A stretch of 64,000 nt of DNA from Candidatus Dormiibacterota bacterium (GCA_027306595.1 DAHUZI010000111.1:89783-153782); one strand, 5' to 3'; shown: positions 19,487 through 28,830, numbered from the stretch's first letter. Translations and numbers: made by a program. The notes: generated by a model not told the origin, from the letters alone.

Positions 19487-19532
19487 GCGCGGGTCGGCCG
19501 CTCGGCGAACGGGCCTGCTCTTCGGACCCGCC

Positions 19533-19538
19533 TATACT
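19533..19538 (+). promoter_or_regulatory. -10-like TATACT 7 nt upstream of the Ldt ATG (leaderless-transcript candidate)
   Basis: cctATACTggcgagcATG, i.e. TATACT at 19533-19538 and ATG at 19546, with no SD between them. Confidence 0.3.
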
Positions 19539-19545
19539 GGCGAGC

Positions 19546-20802
19546 ATGGCGGTCGGCGGATCCCAGGCACCCACCACCCAGCCCGCGTTCGGGCCCGCCA
19601 AGCCGGCCCGACGTGGTCGGCGGTGGACGCTCGCCATCACGCTGCTCGCGCTGGCGGCGGCGGTGGCGGGCACAACCGTGGTTCAGCTCGGGGCGATGGG
19701 TCGGCCGCGCCCCCACAAGGCGACCGTCAGGCCGACGGCGCTGCCAGCGGCCGTGCCGCCCACGCTCGACCTGGCATTCTCAGGCCCGGCGACCGATGTC
19801 CCGCCGGCATCGCCCATCACTGTCACCGTGAGCAACGGTGAGCTGACCCAGTTCACCGTCTCGCCCCTCGCCGGCGGGGCCCCGGTAGCCGGTCGCCTCG
19901 TCGGCAACCAGTGGACCCCCATCGCCCCGCTGGCGTGGGGCACCACGTATCGGGTGGAGGCTACAGCCCGCTCAGCAGCCCAGGGCGCTCACTCGCCCGG
20001 TCCAGTGCATGTGGTGCGCAGTTTCACCACCCCGCCGCCGCCGCTCCAGCCGATGTCCCTGGTGCCCGACATCTCCCCGTACAACGGCGAGCAGGTGGGC
20101 GAGGGCGCGGTCTTCGTGCTGCTCTTCCCCCGCGCGATCCCCGCCGCCGGGCAGGCGGAGATCCTCCAGAACCTGCATGTCTCGATGTCGGTCCCGCAGC
20201 CCGGTGAGTGGCGCTGGTTCAGCCCCAGCGAGCTGCACTTTCGACCGGAGCATTTCTGGCCGCTCGGCGAGCGGGTCACCTTGGAGGGCGACCTCAACGG
20301 GCTCAACATCCTCGGGCACAGCCTGGCCAACTCGTCCTTCAGTTCGACCTTCACGGTTGTCGACGATCACCTGACCCTGATCAGCGCCATCACCAAGCGC
20401 GAGCTGGTGTACAACAACGGTCACCTCGTCCAGAACTTCCCAGTGAGCCTGGGTCGCCCGGGGTTCCTCACCATCAGCGGCACGCTGATCGTGCTCTCCA
20501 AGGCGTACTCGGTGTTCATGAACAGTGCCACGATCGGCTATCCGGGCCTCTACGCTCAGAACGTCTACTACGACGTCGCCATCTCCACGGACGGCTACTA
20601 CATCCACGACGCCTCCTGGGATGTCTACGATCATGGCGTCGCCAACGTCTCGCACGGGTGCGTGGAACAGAACCCGGCCGATGCGGTCTGGTTCTACAAC
20701 TTCAGCCGACCCGGCGACGTGGTGAAGATCACCGGCACGGGGCTTCCGGCCGGCGAGGTCAACGGCGAGGCGGACTGGAACATACCCTGGTCCCAGTACT
20801 GA
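19546..20802 (+). CDS. L,D-transpeptidase (YkuD domain) with N-terminal anchor and Ig-like domains, LdtMt2-like
   Basis: ORF 19546..20802. TM segment WTLAITLLALAAAVAGTTVV. Catalytic block YYIHDASWDVYDHGVANVSHGCVEQ (His ... SHGC). Confidence 0.9.
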   Translation: MAVGGSQAPTTQPAFGPAKPARRGRRWTLAITLLALAAAVAGTTVVQLGAMGRPRPHKATVRPTALPAAVPPTLDLAFSGPATDVPPASPITVTVSNGELTQFTVSPLAGGAPVAGRLVGNQWTPIAPLAWGTTYRVEATARSAAQGAHSPGPVHVVRSFTTPPPPLQPMSLVPDISPYNGEQVGEGAVFVLLFPRAIPAAGQAEILQNLHVSMSVPQPGEWRWFSPSELHFRPEHFWPLGERVTLEGDLNGLNILGHSLANSSFSSTFTVVDDHLTLISAITKRELVYNNGHLVQNFPVSLGRPGFLTISGTLIVLSKAYSVFMNSATIGYPGLYAQNVYYDVAISTDGYYIHDASWDVYDHGVANVSHGCVEQNPADAVWFYNFSRPGDVVKITGTGLPAGEVNGEADWNIPWSQY

Positions 20803-21260
20803 CCCCGCGGGCCTGAGAGCGCAGAGCCCGGCCAACCCAGCATCGCCCGGGGGGACGAGCCGTGCGGAGCCGCGAGGCGAGCGGGGCCCCGGGGTCGGGT
20901 CGGGTCCGTGTGGACGAAACGCCGAGAACGGACGGTGGGGCATGGGTTCGGCTCCGTTCTCGAGGCGCCGAGCCGCGCTCGCCCCCTGAGCGCGTCGGCG
21001 CGCTGCCGATCGCGCTTGAGGCCTCCCGGCGACGAGTGAACCCACCCGGCGGCGCCGTCGGCCGAACGGGGCCAGCGGGGGCCAGGGGACGGCACAACCC
21101 GGCGGCGCCGCGTTCCTGACCGGCTCCAGAGCCGGTTGGCGCAAGACCCTGCCGACGCAGGCCAGCGCATCCCCATCGGCGACGCGCGGGGACGCCGCGG
21201 CCGTACGGGTCTGGCATCGAGTCCGCCCGCGACCGGCCCTGGACACCGCCCCGGGGCCGC

Positions 21261-21266
21261 TACGAT
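21261..21266 (+). promoter_or_regulatory. -10-like TACGAT 6 nt upstream of the ltaE GTG (leaderless-transcript candidate)
   Basis: TACGAT at 21261-21266, GTG at 21273, no SD. Confidence 0.3.
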
Positions 21267-21272
21267 GGCGGC

Positions 21273-22304
21273 GTGATCGCGATCGACCTTCGCTCCGATA
21301 CCGTAACCCTGCCCACCGACGCGATGCGGGAGGCGATGCGCACGGCCGACCTCGGCGACGATGTCTACGGCGAGGACCCGACCGTGAACCGGCTCGAGGC
21401 GGTCGCCGCTTCCCGCCTCGGCAAGGAGGCCGCGGTCCTCGTCCCCACCGGCACCATGGCCAACCTCCTTGCCCTGCTCGTCCACGCACGAGCCGGCCAG
21501 GAGGTGATCGTGGAGGCGGACAGCCACATCTTCGTGAACGAGGCGGCGGGCGCCTCGGTGGTGGGCGGGATCCAGCTCCGCCCCCTTCCCACCGTGCGCG
21601 GAGTCCTGGAGCCCCACCAGGTGGCCGGAGCCCTCCGCCCCCGCGACGACTCCCACCAGCCGACGTCCGCCGCCGTCGCGATCGAGAACACTCACAACCG
21701 CAAGGGCGGGGTGGTCTGGAGCCCGGCTGAACTCGCTGCGATCGCCTCTGTCGCCCGGGCCTCCGGGCTAGGGGTCCACATGGACGGCGCTCGGCTCTTC
21801 AACGCCGCAGTGGCCCTCGGGGTTGAGGCGGGCCGCCTCGCCGCCCACGCCGACACCGTGAGCTTCTGCCTCTCCAAGGGTCTCGGCTGCCCGGTCGGCA
21901 GCCTGCTTGTCGGCCCGACCGAGCAGATCGTGCAGGCCCGCCGGTGGCGCAAGATGCTGGGCGGAGGGATGCGCCAGGCAGGCGTCATCGCCGCGTGCGG
22001 ACTCGTGGCGCTCGACACGATGGTCGAGCGCCTCGCCGACGACCACCGCCACGCCCGCACGCTGGCCCTCGGGCTCGCGGAGCTGCCGGGTGTCACGATC
22101 GACCCCGACGCGGTGACGACCAACATCGTCTGCCTCCGCCCCACCCGACTCTCGGCGGCGACATTCGTCGCCGCGGCCGAGGCGCGCGGCCTGCTCTGCC
22201 TCGACGAGGGCCAGGGCGTAGTCCGGCTCGTCACCCACCTCGGGATCGGGCCGACCGAGATCGAGCGGGGCCTGGAGATCGCTGAGGCAGTTCTGGCCGC
22301 GTGA
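21273..22304 (+). CDS. ltaE: Low-specificity L-threonine aldolase (PLP-dependent)
   Basis: ORF 21273..22304, GTG start. Shows MIAIDLRSDTVTLPT, DDVYGEDPTVNRLE, TGTMANL, and FCLSKGLGCPVGS (PLP Lys context). Confidence 0.9.
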   Translation: MIAIDLRSDTVTLPTDAMREAMRTADLGDDVYGEDPTVNRLEAVAASRLGKEAAVLVPTGTMANLLALLVHARAGQEVIVEADSHIFVNEAAGASVVGGIQLRPLPTVRGVLEPHQVAGALRPRDDSHQPTSAAVAIENTHNRKGGVVWSPAELAAIASVARASGLGVHMDGARLFNAAVALGVEAGRLAAHADTVSFCLSKGLGCPVGSLLVGPTEQIVQARRWRKMLGGGMRQAGVIAACGLVALDTMVERLADDHRHARTLALGLAELPGVTIDPDAVTTNIVCLRPTRLSAATFVAAAEARGLLCLDEGQGVVRLVTHLGIGPTEIERGLEIAEAVLAA

Positions 22305-22319
22305 ACTCGCCCCGGCCGA

Positions 22320-23372
22320 CTAGGTGATCGCGGCCCCACCGGTGGCGACGGGCCGCGTCGCGATGACCGAGGCGGTCTCCGCGACCACCTGCACCGGCCG
22401 GGAAGACCCCCGGGGCGGAACCAGCGCCGCCACCGTCATCAGGCTCGTCATCCCGATCTGGCGATAGGAGCCAGGGGGGACCAGGGGGGACCAGGGGGTC
22501 CGGTTCGCCGCCTGCTGGAGCGCCAGGCCACCGGCCGCCGAGAACGTCTGGCGCGCCGAGACGGTGAAGAGCGCCAGCGCTCCTCCGCCGCGCAGGGGCA
22601 GGGTGAGGGTGGGGTAGGTCGCGGGGATCGCGGTGCCCGAGGCCGATCCGCCGCCACCGGCGACCTGGGCCGCCGCCTGGCGGTCACTGGCCGCCAGCTG
22701 GCTCGTGAAGGGGCCGGCTGCGAACGGATCACCGCTGACCAGACGGTCGCCGCGGACGGCGAGCTCGAGCAGGCCCGCGTAGTCGGCGGCGACGGCCGCG
22801 GTCGTGAAGCGCAGGTGCCGAACTTGGGCCTGTCGGTCGAGCGCGCGAGCGTAGCCCCCTGGCCCGAGCGCGACGGCGGGAGGCGACCCGGCACCGGCGT
22901 ACGCGGGCGACATCGACTGGCGCCAGCGACCGGTTCGGCCGGTCCGGTGGAAGACCATGAGGATCGCCCCCGGATGGCCAGCCACCCGGCTGCTCACGAA
23001 TGCGGCGAAGCTCGCCGAGTCCCCGCGCTGGACGGGGACGTACGCCACGATCCGGACCAGCGTCTGGCGGGCGGGGGCGCTGGTGTGCTGGCCCTGGGCG
23101 TGGAGAGCCGCAAAGGAGGCGTCGTCGATGACCGCCTCCGGCGGCATCTCCACGGCGTCCTGGGCGGCGATGCTCAGCCGCTGGGTGGCGATTGTCTCCG
23201 CCCGATCGTAGCCCTTCACCACCTGGATGGCCTGGGTCGGCGTGACGGTGGTATCGCTCGGACCACCCCCACGGGTCGCGACCCCGATCCCGGCCGCGAC
23301 CGCGACCACGACCACCCCGGCAAGCAGGGCGAGGGCGCGCCGGCGGCGACCAGTGGCAGGCATCTGGTTCAT
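22320..23372 (-). CDS. Membrane-anchored hypothetical protein
   Basis: ORF 22320..23372. N-terminal RRRRALALLAGVVVVAVAAGIGV anchor and no recognisable domain. Its ATG (23372) directly abuts the TGA (23373-23375) of the upstream CocE/NonD hydrolase. Confidence 0.6.
   Translation of the reverse strand: MNQMPATGRRRRALALLAGVVVVAVAAGIGVATRGGGPSDTTVTPTQAIQVVKGYDRAETIATQRLSIAAQDAVEMPPEAVIDDASFAALHAQGQHTSAPARQTLVRIVAYVPVQRGDSASFAAFVSSRVAGHPGAILMVFHRTGRTGRWRQSMSPAYAGAGSPPAVALGPGGYARALDRQAQVRHLRFTTAAVAADYAGLLELAVRGDRLVSGDPFAAGPFTSQLAASDRQAAAQVAGGGGSASGTAIPATYPTLTLPLRGGGALALFTVSARQTFSAAGGLALQQAANRTPWSPLVPPGSYRQIGMTSLMTVAALVPPRGSSRPVQVVAETASVIATRPVATGGAAIT
22471..22498. repeat. 2.8 copies of a 10-nt tandem repeat (CCAGGGGGGA) inside a CDS
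   Basis: Direct read at 22471-22498. Encodes PWSPLVPPG on the minus strand. Confidence 0.9.
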
Positions 23373-25313
23373 TCAAGCGAACCGGGGGTAGCGTCGGCTC
23401 CAGCGCCGTTCACCGCCCACACCGCCGCGCTCGCGCCAGCGCAGGCGCAGCTCGACCCGGAGCTGCTCCCTGCTGGTCCGGACGTCGAGGTCAGCGCGGG
23501 TTGAGCAGGTGACCCCTGGCAGCCGGAGTCCGTAGGCGGCCCAGCCGCTCGCCCAGGCCTGGGCGGGGTCGAGCCAGGAGCTTCCCACCGCCCCCGCATA
23601 GCGCTCCGTCACCCATCCTTCACCACCCAAGCGCGTGTGCGACCCGTGGTCGATGACGACCCGCCGTTCCCCGCACAGGCGGTCGTCCTCCACCCGCCAC
23701 ACGACTCGGCGACCGGCCGCCCCCCCCCCGCAGGTCGCGTCGGCCAGACGGAGCACCGGGTCGGCCATCGTGGGATCGGGCCCGGGGACGACGGGCAGGC
23801 TGAGTCGCAGTCCTGCGGGCTGGACGGGGAGGGGCCCGGAGTCGGGCGGGGGCCACACGGACGGCCAATCGCCGGCGGCGAGGGTGAGTCGAATCCGGTG
23901 CCCGGGCGGGAAGGTGAAGGCCGCCGCGTCGAGCTCGATCACGACCTCGCGGCCCGGCCCGTCGACCCGGCCCAGCCCGCGCGCGACCAGCTCCGTCATG
24001 CCGTCGGGGAACACGTCCGTCAGCCGGACGGCAACGGTGGCCCGCGTCGCGGTCGCGCTGGCGAGCTCCATCTGAAGCAGGGGGCTCCCCAGCAACGTGA
24101 CCGGCCTATCCACCACAGGCCAGTCCCAGACCCGGGACAAGACCTCGTCGTCGCGCTGGTCCCAGGCCTGGCCGAACGGCAGGGCTCCCGCGCACCAGAT
24201 CGAGCTGGTGACCCCGGCCGGGCCGCGCAGGCGCAGCGCGGCCGGGCCGCTCGGGCCTGTCGCCCGCTCGCCCCCCAGGATCAGCGTCGAGCCGCGCCGC
24301 GGCGGCCACTCGCGCTCCCGCCAGAATCCACCCTCGAGCCGGTCGAGGTCGGCGGCAGGCCGCGACGGCTGGCGCACGAAGACGGTGATCGGCGGCTCCC
24401 GGTCGGGGCCTCGGTCGCGCAGATGGCGATCGAACCAGCGGATCAGCTCCGGCACCACGTCCACGCACGGACCCGGGCGCGCATCGTCCGGGCTCTGGTG
24501 CGACCACGGCCCGATCAGGAGCTTCCGCGGCCCGCGAAGCTGCTCGAAGACTCGGAAGGTCGCGTTGCGGTAGCCGTCCGCCCAGCCCGCGATCAGCATC
24601 GTCGCGCACCGGATCCGCCCAGTGCGTGGGCGCACCGATCCGCGTCGCCAGTATGGGCCGTCGGATGGTTCCGCAAGCCAACGCAGCACCCACGGCTCCA
24701 GCGCTGCGCAGCGCGCGGCCCACGCCCGACGCCACCCCGACCCGGCCAGAGTTGGAACCGGCGGTAACGCGTTCAGAGCGGTCATGTAGAGGGGATAGTC
24801 GAGCAGGTCCAGTGCCCGCAGCGCGCCCCCACCGTAGTGAACGTCGTCGCTGTACCGGTCATCGCTGGCGAAGAGCGCGCACACTGCATCCAGCTGGGGG
24901 GGGGCCGCGACAGCGGCGTGGAGCGCATTGAAGCCGGAGTAGGACGTGCCGAACATTCCGACCCGGCCAGTGCACCAGGGTTGGTCCGCGCACCAGGCGA
25001 TGACGCTGGCGAGGTCGTCCACCTCGGAGGGCGGATACTCGTCGACGGCGACTCCGTCCGACGACCCTGTCCCGCGCACGTCGACGCGCAGGACTGCGAA
25101 GTGGCCTTCGTCGCGAAGACGCCGATACCAGGCCGCGTCCGATCGCGTGACGTCATCCTTGCGGTAGGGAAGTGCCTCGATAAGGGCCGGCACGGGCTCC
25201 GTCCCGGGCGGCCGATACAGCGACCCGGCCAGTCTCAGCCGGTCGCGCATCGGGACCCAGACGGCGGACTCCGTCATCGGGAGCATGCTAGCAGGAGGCC
25301 GCGTCCCGTCCAT
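23373..25313 (-). CDS. CocE/NonD-family (X-Pro dipeptidyl-peptidase S15-like) alpha/beta hydrolase
   Basis: ORF 23373..25373. Shows PMRDRLRLAGSLYRP, EALPYRKDD, RVDVRGTGSSDG, and the nucleophile elbow GMFGTSYSG. Start is uncertain (ATG 25313, 25286 or 25277). Confidence 0.85.
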   Translation of the reverse strand: MDGTRPPASMLPMTESAVWVPMRDRLRLAGSLYRPPGTEPVPALIEALPYRKDDVTRSDAAWYRRLRDEGHFAVLRVDVRGTGSSDGVAVDEYPPSEVDDLASVIAWCADQPWCTGRVGMFGTSYSGFNALHAAVAAPPQLDAVCALFASDDRYSDDVHYGGGALRALDLLDYPLYMTALNALPPVPTLAGSGWRRAWAARCAALEPWVLRWLAEPSDGPYWRRGSVRPRTGRIRCATMLIAGWADGYRNATFRVFEQLRGPRKLLIGPWSHQSPDDARPGPCVDVVPELIRWFDRHLRDRGPDREPPITVFVRQPSRPAADLDRLEGGFWREREWPPRRGSTLILGGERATGPSGPAALRLRGPAGVTSSIWCAGALPFGQAWDQRDDEVLSRVWDWPVVDRPVTLLGSPLLQMELASATATRATVAVRLTDVFPDGMTELVARGLGRVDGPGREVVIELDAAAFTFPPGHRIRLTLAAGDWPSVWPPPDSGPLPVQPAGLRLSLPVVPGPDPTMADPVLRLADATCGGGAAGRRVVWRVEDDRLCGERRVVIDHGSHTRLGGEGWVTERYAGAVGSSWLDPAQAWASGWAAYGLRLPGVTCSTRADLDVRTSREQLRVELRLRWRERGGVGGERRWSRRYPRFA

Positions 25314-25346
25314 CGGCGTGCTTGGGCACACCACCCGTGCGCCGAC

Positions 25347-25376
25347 TTGACAGGCGCGATCCCGCGCGCCCACAAT
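25347..25376 (+). promoter_or_regulatory. Sigma-70/SigA-like promoter candidate for the 25413 gene
   Basis: TTGACA (25347-25352), an 18-nt spacer, then CACAAT (25371-25376), about 37 nt upstream of the ATG. The spacer contains the inverted repeat GGCGCG-ATCC-CGCGCC. SD GGAGGGA at 25401-25407. Confidence 0.35.
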
Positions 25377-25412
25377 TCGTCGGCGCGTTCACCCGTGCCC
25401 GGAGGGACGGCC

Positions 25413-27029
25413 ATGCAGGCGACTCAGTACGATGCGATCGTCGTCGGTGGCGGTCACAACGGCTTGGTCTGCGCCGCCTACCTCGCCAAGGCGGGTCAGC
25501 GGGTGGTGGTGCTGGAACGCCGCAGTCTGGTGGGCGGCGCCTGCGTAACCGAGGAGCCGTGGCCGGGCTACCGCGTCAACACGTGCTCCTACGTGGTCAG
25601 CCTGCTCCCCCCGGACATCGTCCTCCAGCTCGACCTCGCCCGATTCGGCTACGAGGTGCTGCCACTCGACCCGCTCGCCTTCACGCCGTTTCCCGACGGG
25701 CGTTCGATCATGTGGTGGTACGACCCCAAGCGCACCGCCGCCGAGATCGCCAAGCTCTCGACCCACGATGCATTCGCCTACCTCGACTACGAGCACAACC
25801 TGGACGAGCTTGTCAAGATCGTGCGCCCCCTGTTCAGCATGGTGCCACCGCTGCCCCAGAGCCTTCATCCGCAGGACATCGGCGAGGTGCTCCGGATGGG
25901 GCGCCACCTCTACCGGCACCGCCGGGGGCTGGCGCGGCTGGTGGACCTCATGACCCTTTCGGTCAGCGACTTCCTCGACTGTTGGTTCGAGGACGATCAG
26001 GTCAAGGGGGCGATGTCGCCGGGCGGCGTGATCGGTGCCTGGGGCGGCCCCAAGACGCCGGGCACCGCCTACGTCCTGCTCCACCACCGCCTCGGCGAGG
26101 CCGGCAACCAGCGAGGGGCCTGGGGATTCGTCCGCGGCGGGATGGGACGCCTGTCGGAGGCGATCGCCGCCTCGGCCCGCTCGTCGGGGGCCGAGGTTCG
26201 AACGGATGCGGCGGTCGCCCGCGTCGACGTCGTCGGCGGACGCGCGGTCGGCGTGACGCTCGAAGACGGGACCGTTCTCAGGGCCCCGGTGGTGGCGGCG
26301 GCGATCCACCCGCGGACCGTGTTTCTCGACATGGTGGACCGCAGCGAGCTGCCCCGCGACTTCGTCGTCGAGATCGAGCGCTACCGCACCCGCGGGTCGT
26401 CGGCCAAGGTGAACCTCGCGCTGGGCGAGCTCCCCGACTTCATCGCCCGGCCCGGAACCGATCCGCAGAGCCATCACGTCGAGTTTGAGATCTGTCCGTC
26501 GATCGAGTACCTCGAGACCGCCTGGGACGACGCCAAGTTCGGCCGCTGGAGCCGAGAGCCGATGGCGGACTGCGTCATCCCGTCGGTGAAGGATCCATCG
26601 ATGGCACCCGCTGGCCGCCACGTCATGACCTGCTTCGTCCAGTACGCCCCCAACGAGCTGGCGGGCACCGACTGGGACCAGGAGCGCGAGGCGTTCGGCG
26701 ACCGGGTCATCGAGACCCTCGCCACCTACGCCCCCAACCTTCCCGGCGCCATCCTCCATCGCCAGGTTGTCACGCCGCTCGACCTCGAGCGCACCTTCGG
26801 CCTCCTCGGCGGCAACATCTTCCACGGGGAGATGGCGCTCGATCAAATGCTCTCCTTCCGTCCCGCAGCCGACGCGGGCGCATACCGCACTCCGCTCGCG
26901 GGCCTGTATCTGTGCGCCTCGGGCGCCCACCCCGGCGGGGGGGTGATGGGCATCCCGGCCCGAAACGCCGCCCGGGTCATCCTGGGAGACCGCAGCGGCG
27001 GCTGGCGCCGCTGGCTCGCCCGGGGCTGA
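25413..27029 (+). CDS. Phytoene-desaturase-family NAD(P)/FAD-dependent oxidoreductase (CrtI-like)
   Basis: In-frame part of ORF 24837..27029. ATG 25413 follows the SD. Shows MQATQYDAIVVGGGHNGLVCAAYLAKAG (GxGxxG). The upstream 190 codons are antisense to the CocE gene. Confidence 0.85.
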   Translation: MQATQYDAIVVGGGHNGLVCAAYLAKAGQRVVVLERRSLVGGACVTEEPWPGYRVNTCSYVVSLLPPDIVLQLDLARFGYEVLPLDPLAFTPFPDGRSIMWWYDPKRTAAEIAKLSTHDAFAYLDYEHNLDELVKIVRPLFSMVPPLPQSLHPQDIGEVLRMGRHLYRHRRGLARLVDLMTLSVSDFLDCWFEDDQVKGAMSPGGVIGAWGGPKTPGTAYVLLHHRLGEAGNQRGAWGFVRGGMGRLSEAIAASARSSGAEVRTDAAVARVDVVGGRAVGVTLEDGTVLRAPVVAAAIHPRTVFLDMVDRSELPRDFVVEIERYRTRGSSAKVNLALGELPDFIARPGTDPQSHHVEFEICPSIEYLETAWDDAKFGRWSREPMADCVIPSVKDPSMAPAGRHVMTCFVQYAPNELAGTDWDQEREAFGDRVIETLATYAPNLPGAILHRQVVTPLDLERTFGLLGGNIFHGEMALDQMLSFRPAADAGAYRTPLAGLYLCASGAHPGGGVMGIPARNAARVILGDRSGGWRRWLARG

Positions 27030-27123
27030 CCCCAGGGGACCCGATCCGGGGCCGCACCGCCCGCCTCGAGTGGGTCGCCCGGATCGCCTCGGCCCTCAAC
27101 CGACCGGCCCCGGGACGGGCCGG

Positions 27124-28830
27124 TCAGCCGGCTTCGGCCTCGGCGACGACCGGGAGCCAGAGGCGCGAGGGGTGCTCCGCCCCGTGGTGAATGGTGTTGA
27201 CCGCCACCCGCGGGTCACGCTGCTCCACCGCCCGCCCAAATCGGTTGCAACTGCGCGCGAACCACGGAAAGTCGCTGCTGGTCACCGCGAGCACGGCCCG
27301 GTGCCCGGCCTGGAAGACGTGGGTCACCGGGCCGAGCTCCACCTCGAAGCGGTGAACGGCCCCGGGCACCAGCGGCGCCATCTCCGACAGCGACTCGCGG
27401 CATGCGGCGCGAAGACATCCCGCCGCCACCCGGATCAGCCGACCGTCCGGGCCCTGGTCCTCGAGCTTCACGTGCCAATCGGTGTCCTCGCCGTCGCTGC
27501 TGGCAAAGAGCTCGAGCTGGGGCCAGCCGCTGACCGCCAGCGGGGCGTCCAGCGGGTCGGTCGCGTAGAAGACGACATCGGCCCGGCGGGTCAGATACGA
27601 CTCGTCCAGCGGCGGCTCGTAGAACTCCTCGTAGCTGACGCCGCCGGGCACACGCACGGGATCCTTCGGGTCGTAGCGGAAGGAGCGCTCGGGCTCGGGG
27701 CCCGGCGCCGCCTCGCGCCGGAGCGCCGCACCCTGGACACCCGAGCGCAGGTGGAACGGCTGTGCCGCCGTAGACCGGGGCCACGCGGGAGGGGTCAACC
27801 AGCGATTGCTCCCGGTCTCGAAGAGCTGGACCCGCGGGACCTCGGGCCAGCCATTCGCGTAGCCCTTGAGGAAGTGGTCGAAGAAGCGGAGCTGGATGGC
27901 GTCCATCTCGATGGCGGCCGCGGGACCGTAGTCGACTCCCCCATAGGACGCCTGCGGGTAGCGGGTCCCGACGTGGGGCCACGGGCCGCAGATCAGCCAT
28001 TGGTCGCGGGCCCGAGGCGAGGCCGCCAGCATCTGCTCATAGTGGTGGAACGCGCCCAGGAGGTCCTCTCGATCGTGCCAGCCGGCGACGTGGAGGCAGG
28101 GCACGGCGATGGTCCGGTAGTCCTCATCCAGCCGCAGGCTGCGCCAGAACTCGTCGAGGGTGTCGTGATCGCGCATGTCCGGCCAGGTCCCGGGCGCGGC
28201 CCCGAGGCTGTCCATCAACTCGCTCACCGGGAGTTGCATCAGCAGCGCCTCCCAGTCGAGGTCGGATCGGCTGTTCATGATCCGGCGGCGGGTCCCGTAC
28301 ACCCAGTAGGCGAAGTAGAGCTGGAACACCCCGAACGTGTAGGGGATCTCCTGCATCCAGCGGCCGGCGGCCGCGAACGACGCCATGCAGACCAGATGGG
28401 GCGGGTGCTCCCGGGCCGTGGCCCACTGGTTCCATCCTCCATAGCTGAGGCCGGTCGTCCCGACGCGCCCGTCGCACCAGGGCTGGCGGGCCACCCATTC
28501 CACGACGTCATGGCCATCCGGACCGTCGTGGACGTGGGCCCGCCACTCGCCTTCCGACTTCCCCCGCCCCCGGGTGTCGTAGGAGACGTAGGCGTAGTCG
28601 CGCGCCTGGAGAAACCGCCCTTCATCCACCGCACCGACGCCCCGCTTGTCGTACGGGGTGCCGAAGACGATCGCCGGAACCGGGCGGCCCGGGTCCGGGT
28701 CGGGCAGGTAGACGTCCGCGGCCAGGAGCACGCCGTCGCGCATCGGCACCTCCAGCTCCTGCCGATGGTCGGCCTGGGACAGGGTGATGAGAGCCTGGCG
28801 ACGCTCTCGGGGCGTCGGCCGGGCGCTCAC
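27124..28830 (-). CDS. CocE/NonD-family alpha/beta hydrolase, second copy
   Basis: ORF 27124..29541. Shows VPMRDGVLLAADVYLP, TPYDKRG, DTRGRGKSEG, and the nucleophile elbow GTTGLSYGG. GTG 28830 forms a GTGA overlap with the SBP stop. Confidence 0.85.
   Translation of the reverse strand: MSARPTPRERRQALITLSQADHRQELEVPMRDGVLLAADVYLPDPDPGRPVPAIVFGTPYDKRGVGAVDEGRFLQARDYAYVSYDTRGRGKSEGEWRAHVHDGPDGHDVVEWVARQPWCDGRVGTTGLSYGGWNQWATAREHPPHLVCMASFAAAGRWMQEIPYTFGVFQLYFAYWVYGTRRRIMNSRSDLDWEALLMQLPVSELMDSLGAAPGTWPDMRDHDTLDEFWRSLRLDEDYRTIAVPCLHVAGWHDREDLLGAFHHYEQMLAASPRARDQWLICGPWPHVGTRYPQASYGGVDYGPAAAIEMDAIQLRFFDHFLKGYANGWPEVPRVQLFETGSNRWLTPPAWPRSTAAQPFHLRSGVQGAALRREAAPGPEPERSFRYDPKDPVRVPGGVSYEEFYEPPLDESYLTRRADVVFYATDPLDAPLAVSGWPQLELFASSDGEDTDWHVKLEDQGPDGRLIRVAAGCLRAACRESLSEMAPLVPGAVHRFEVELGPVTHVFQAGHRAVLAVTSSDFPWFARSCNRFGRAVEQRDPRVAVNTIHHGAEHPSRLWLPVVAEAEAG

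Noticed and set aside
20803-21272. Glycine/amino-acid riboswitch upstream of threonine aldolase
   Set aside because: I could not find the conserved glycine-riboswitch cores (GGAGAG...CACCG, CTCAGGCAA-type elements). The gene also appears leaderless, which leaves no room for a cis-acting leader.
24837-25412. 5' extension of the CrtI-like ORF
   Set aside because: It overlaps the CocE/NonD gene on the opposite strand. An SD plus ATG at 25413 precedes the GxGxxG fold, and a promoter-like TTGACA/CACAAT lies in between.
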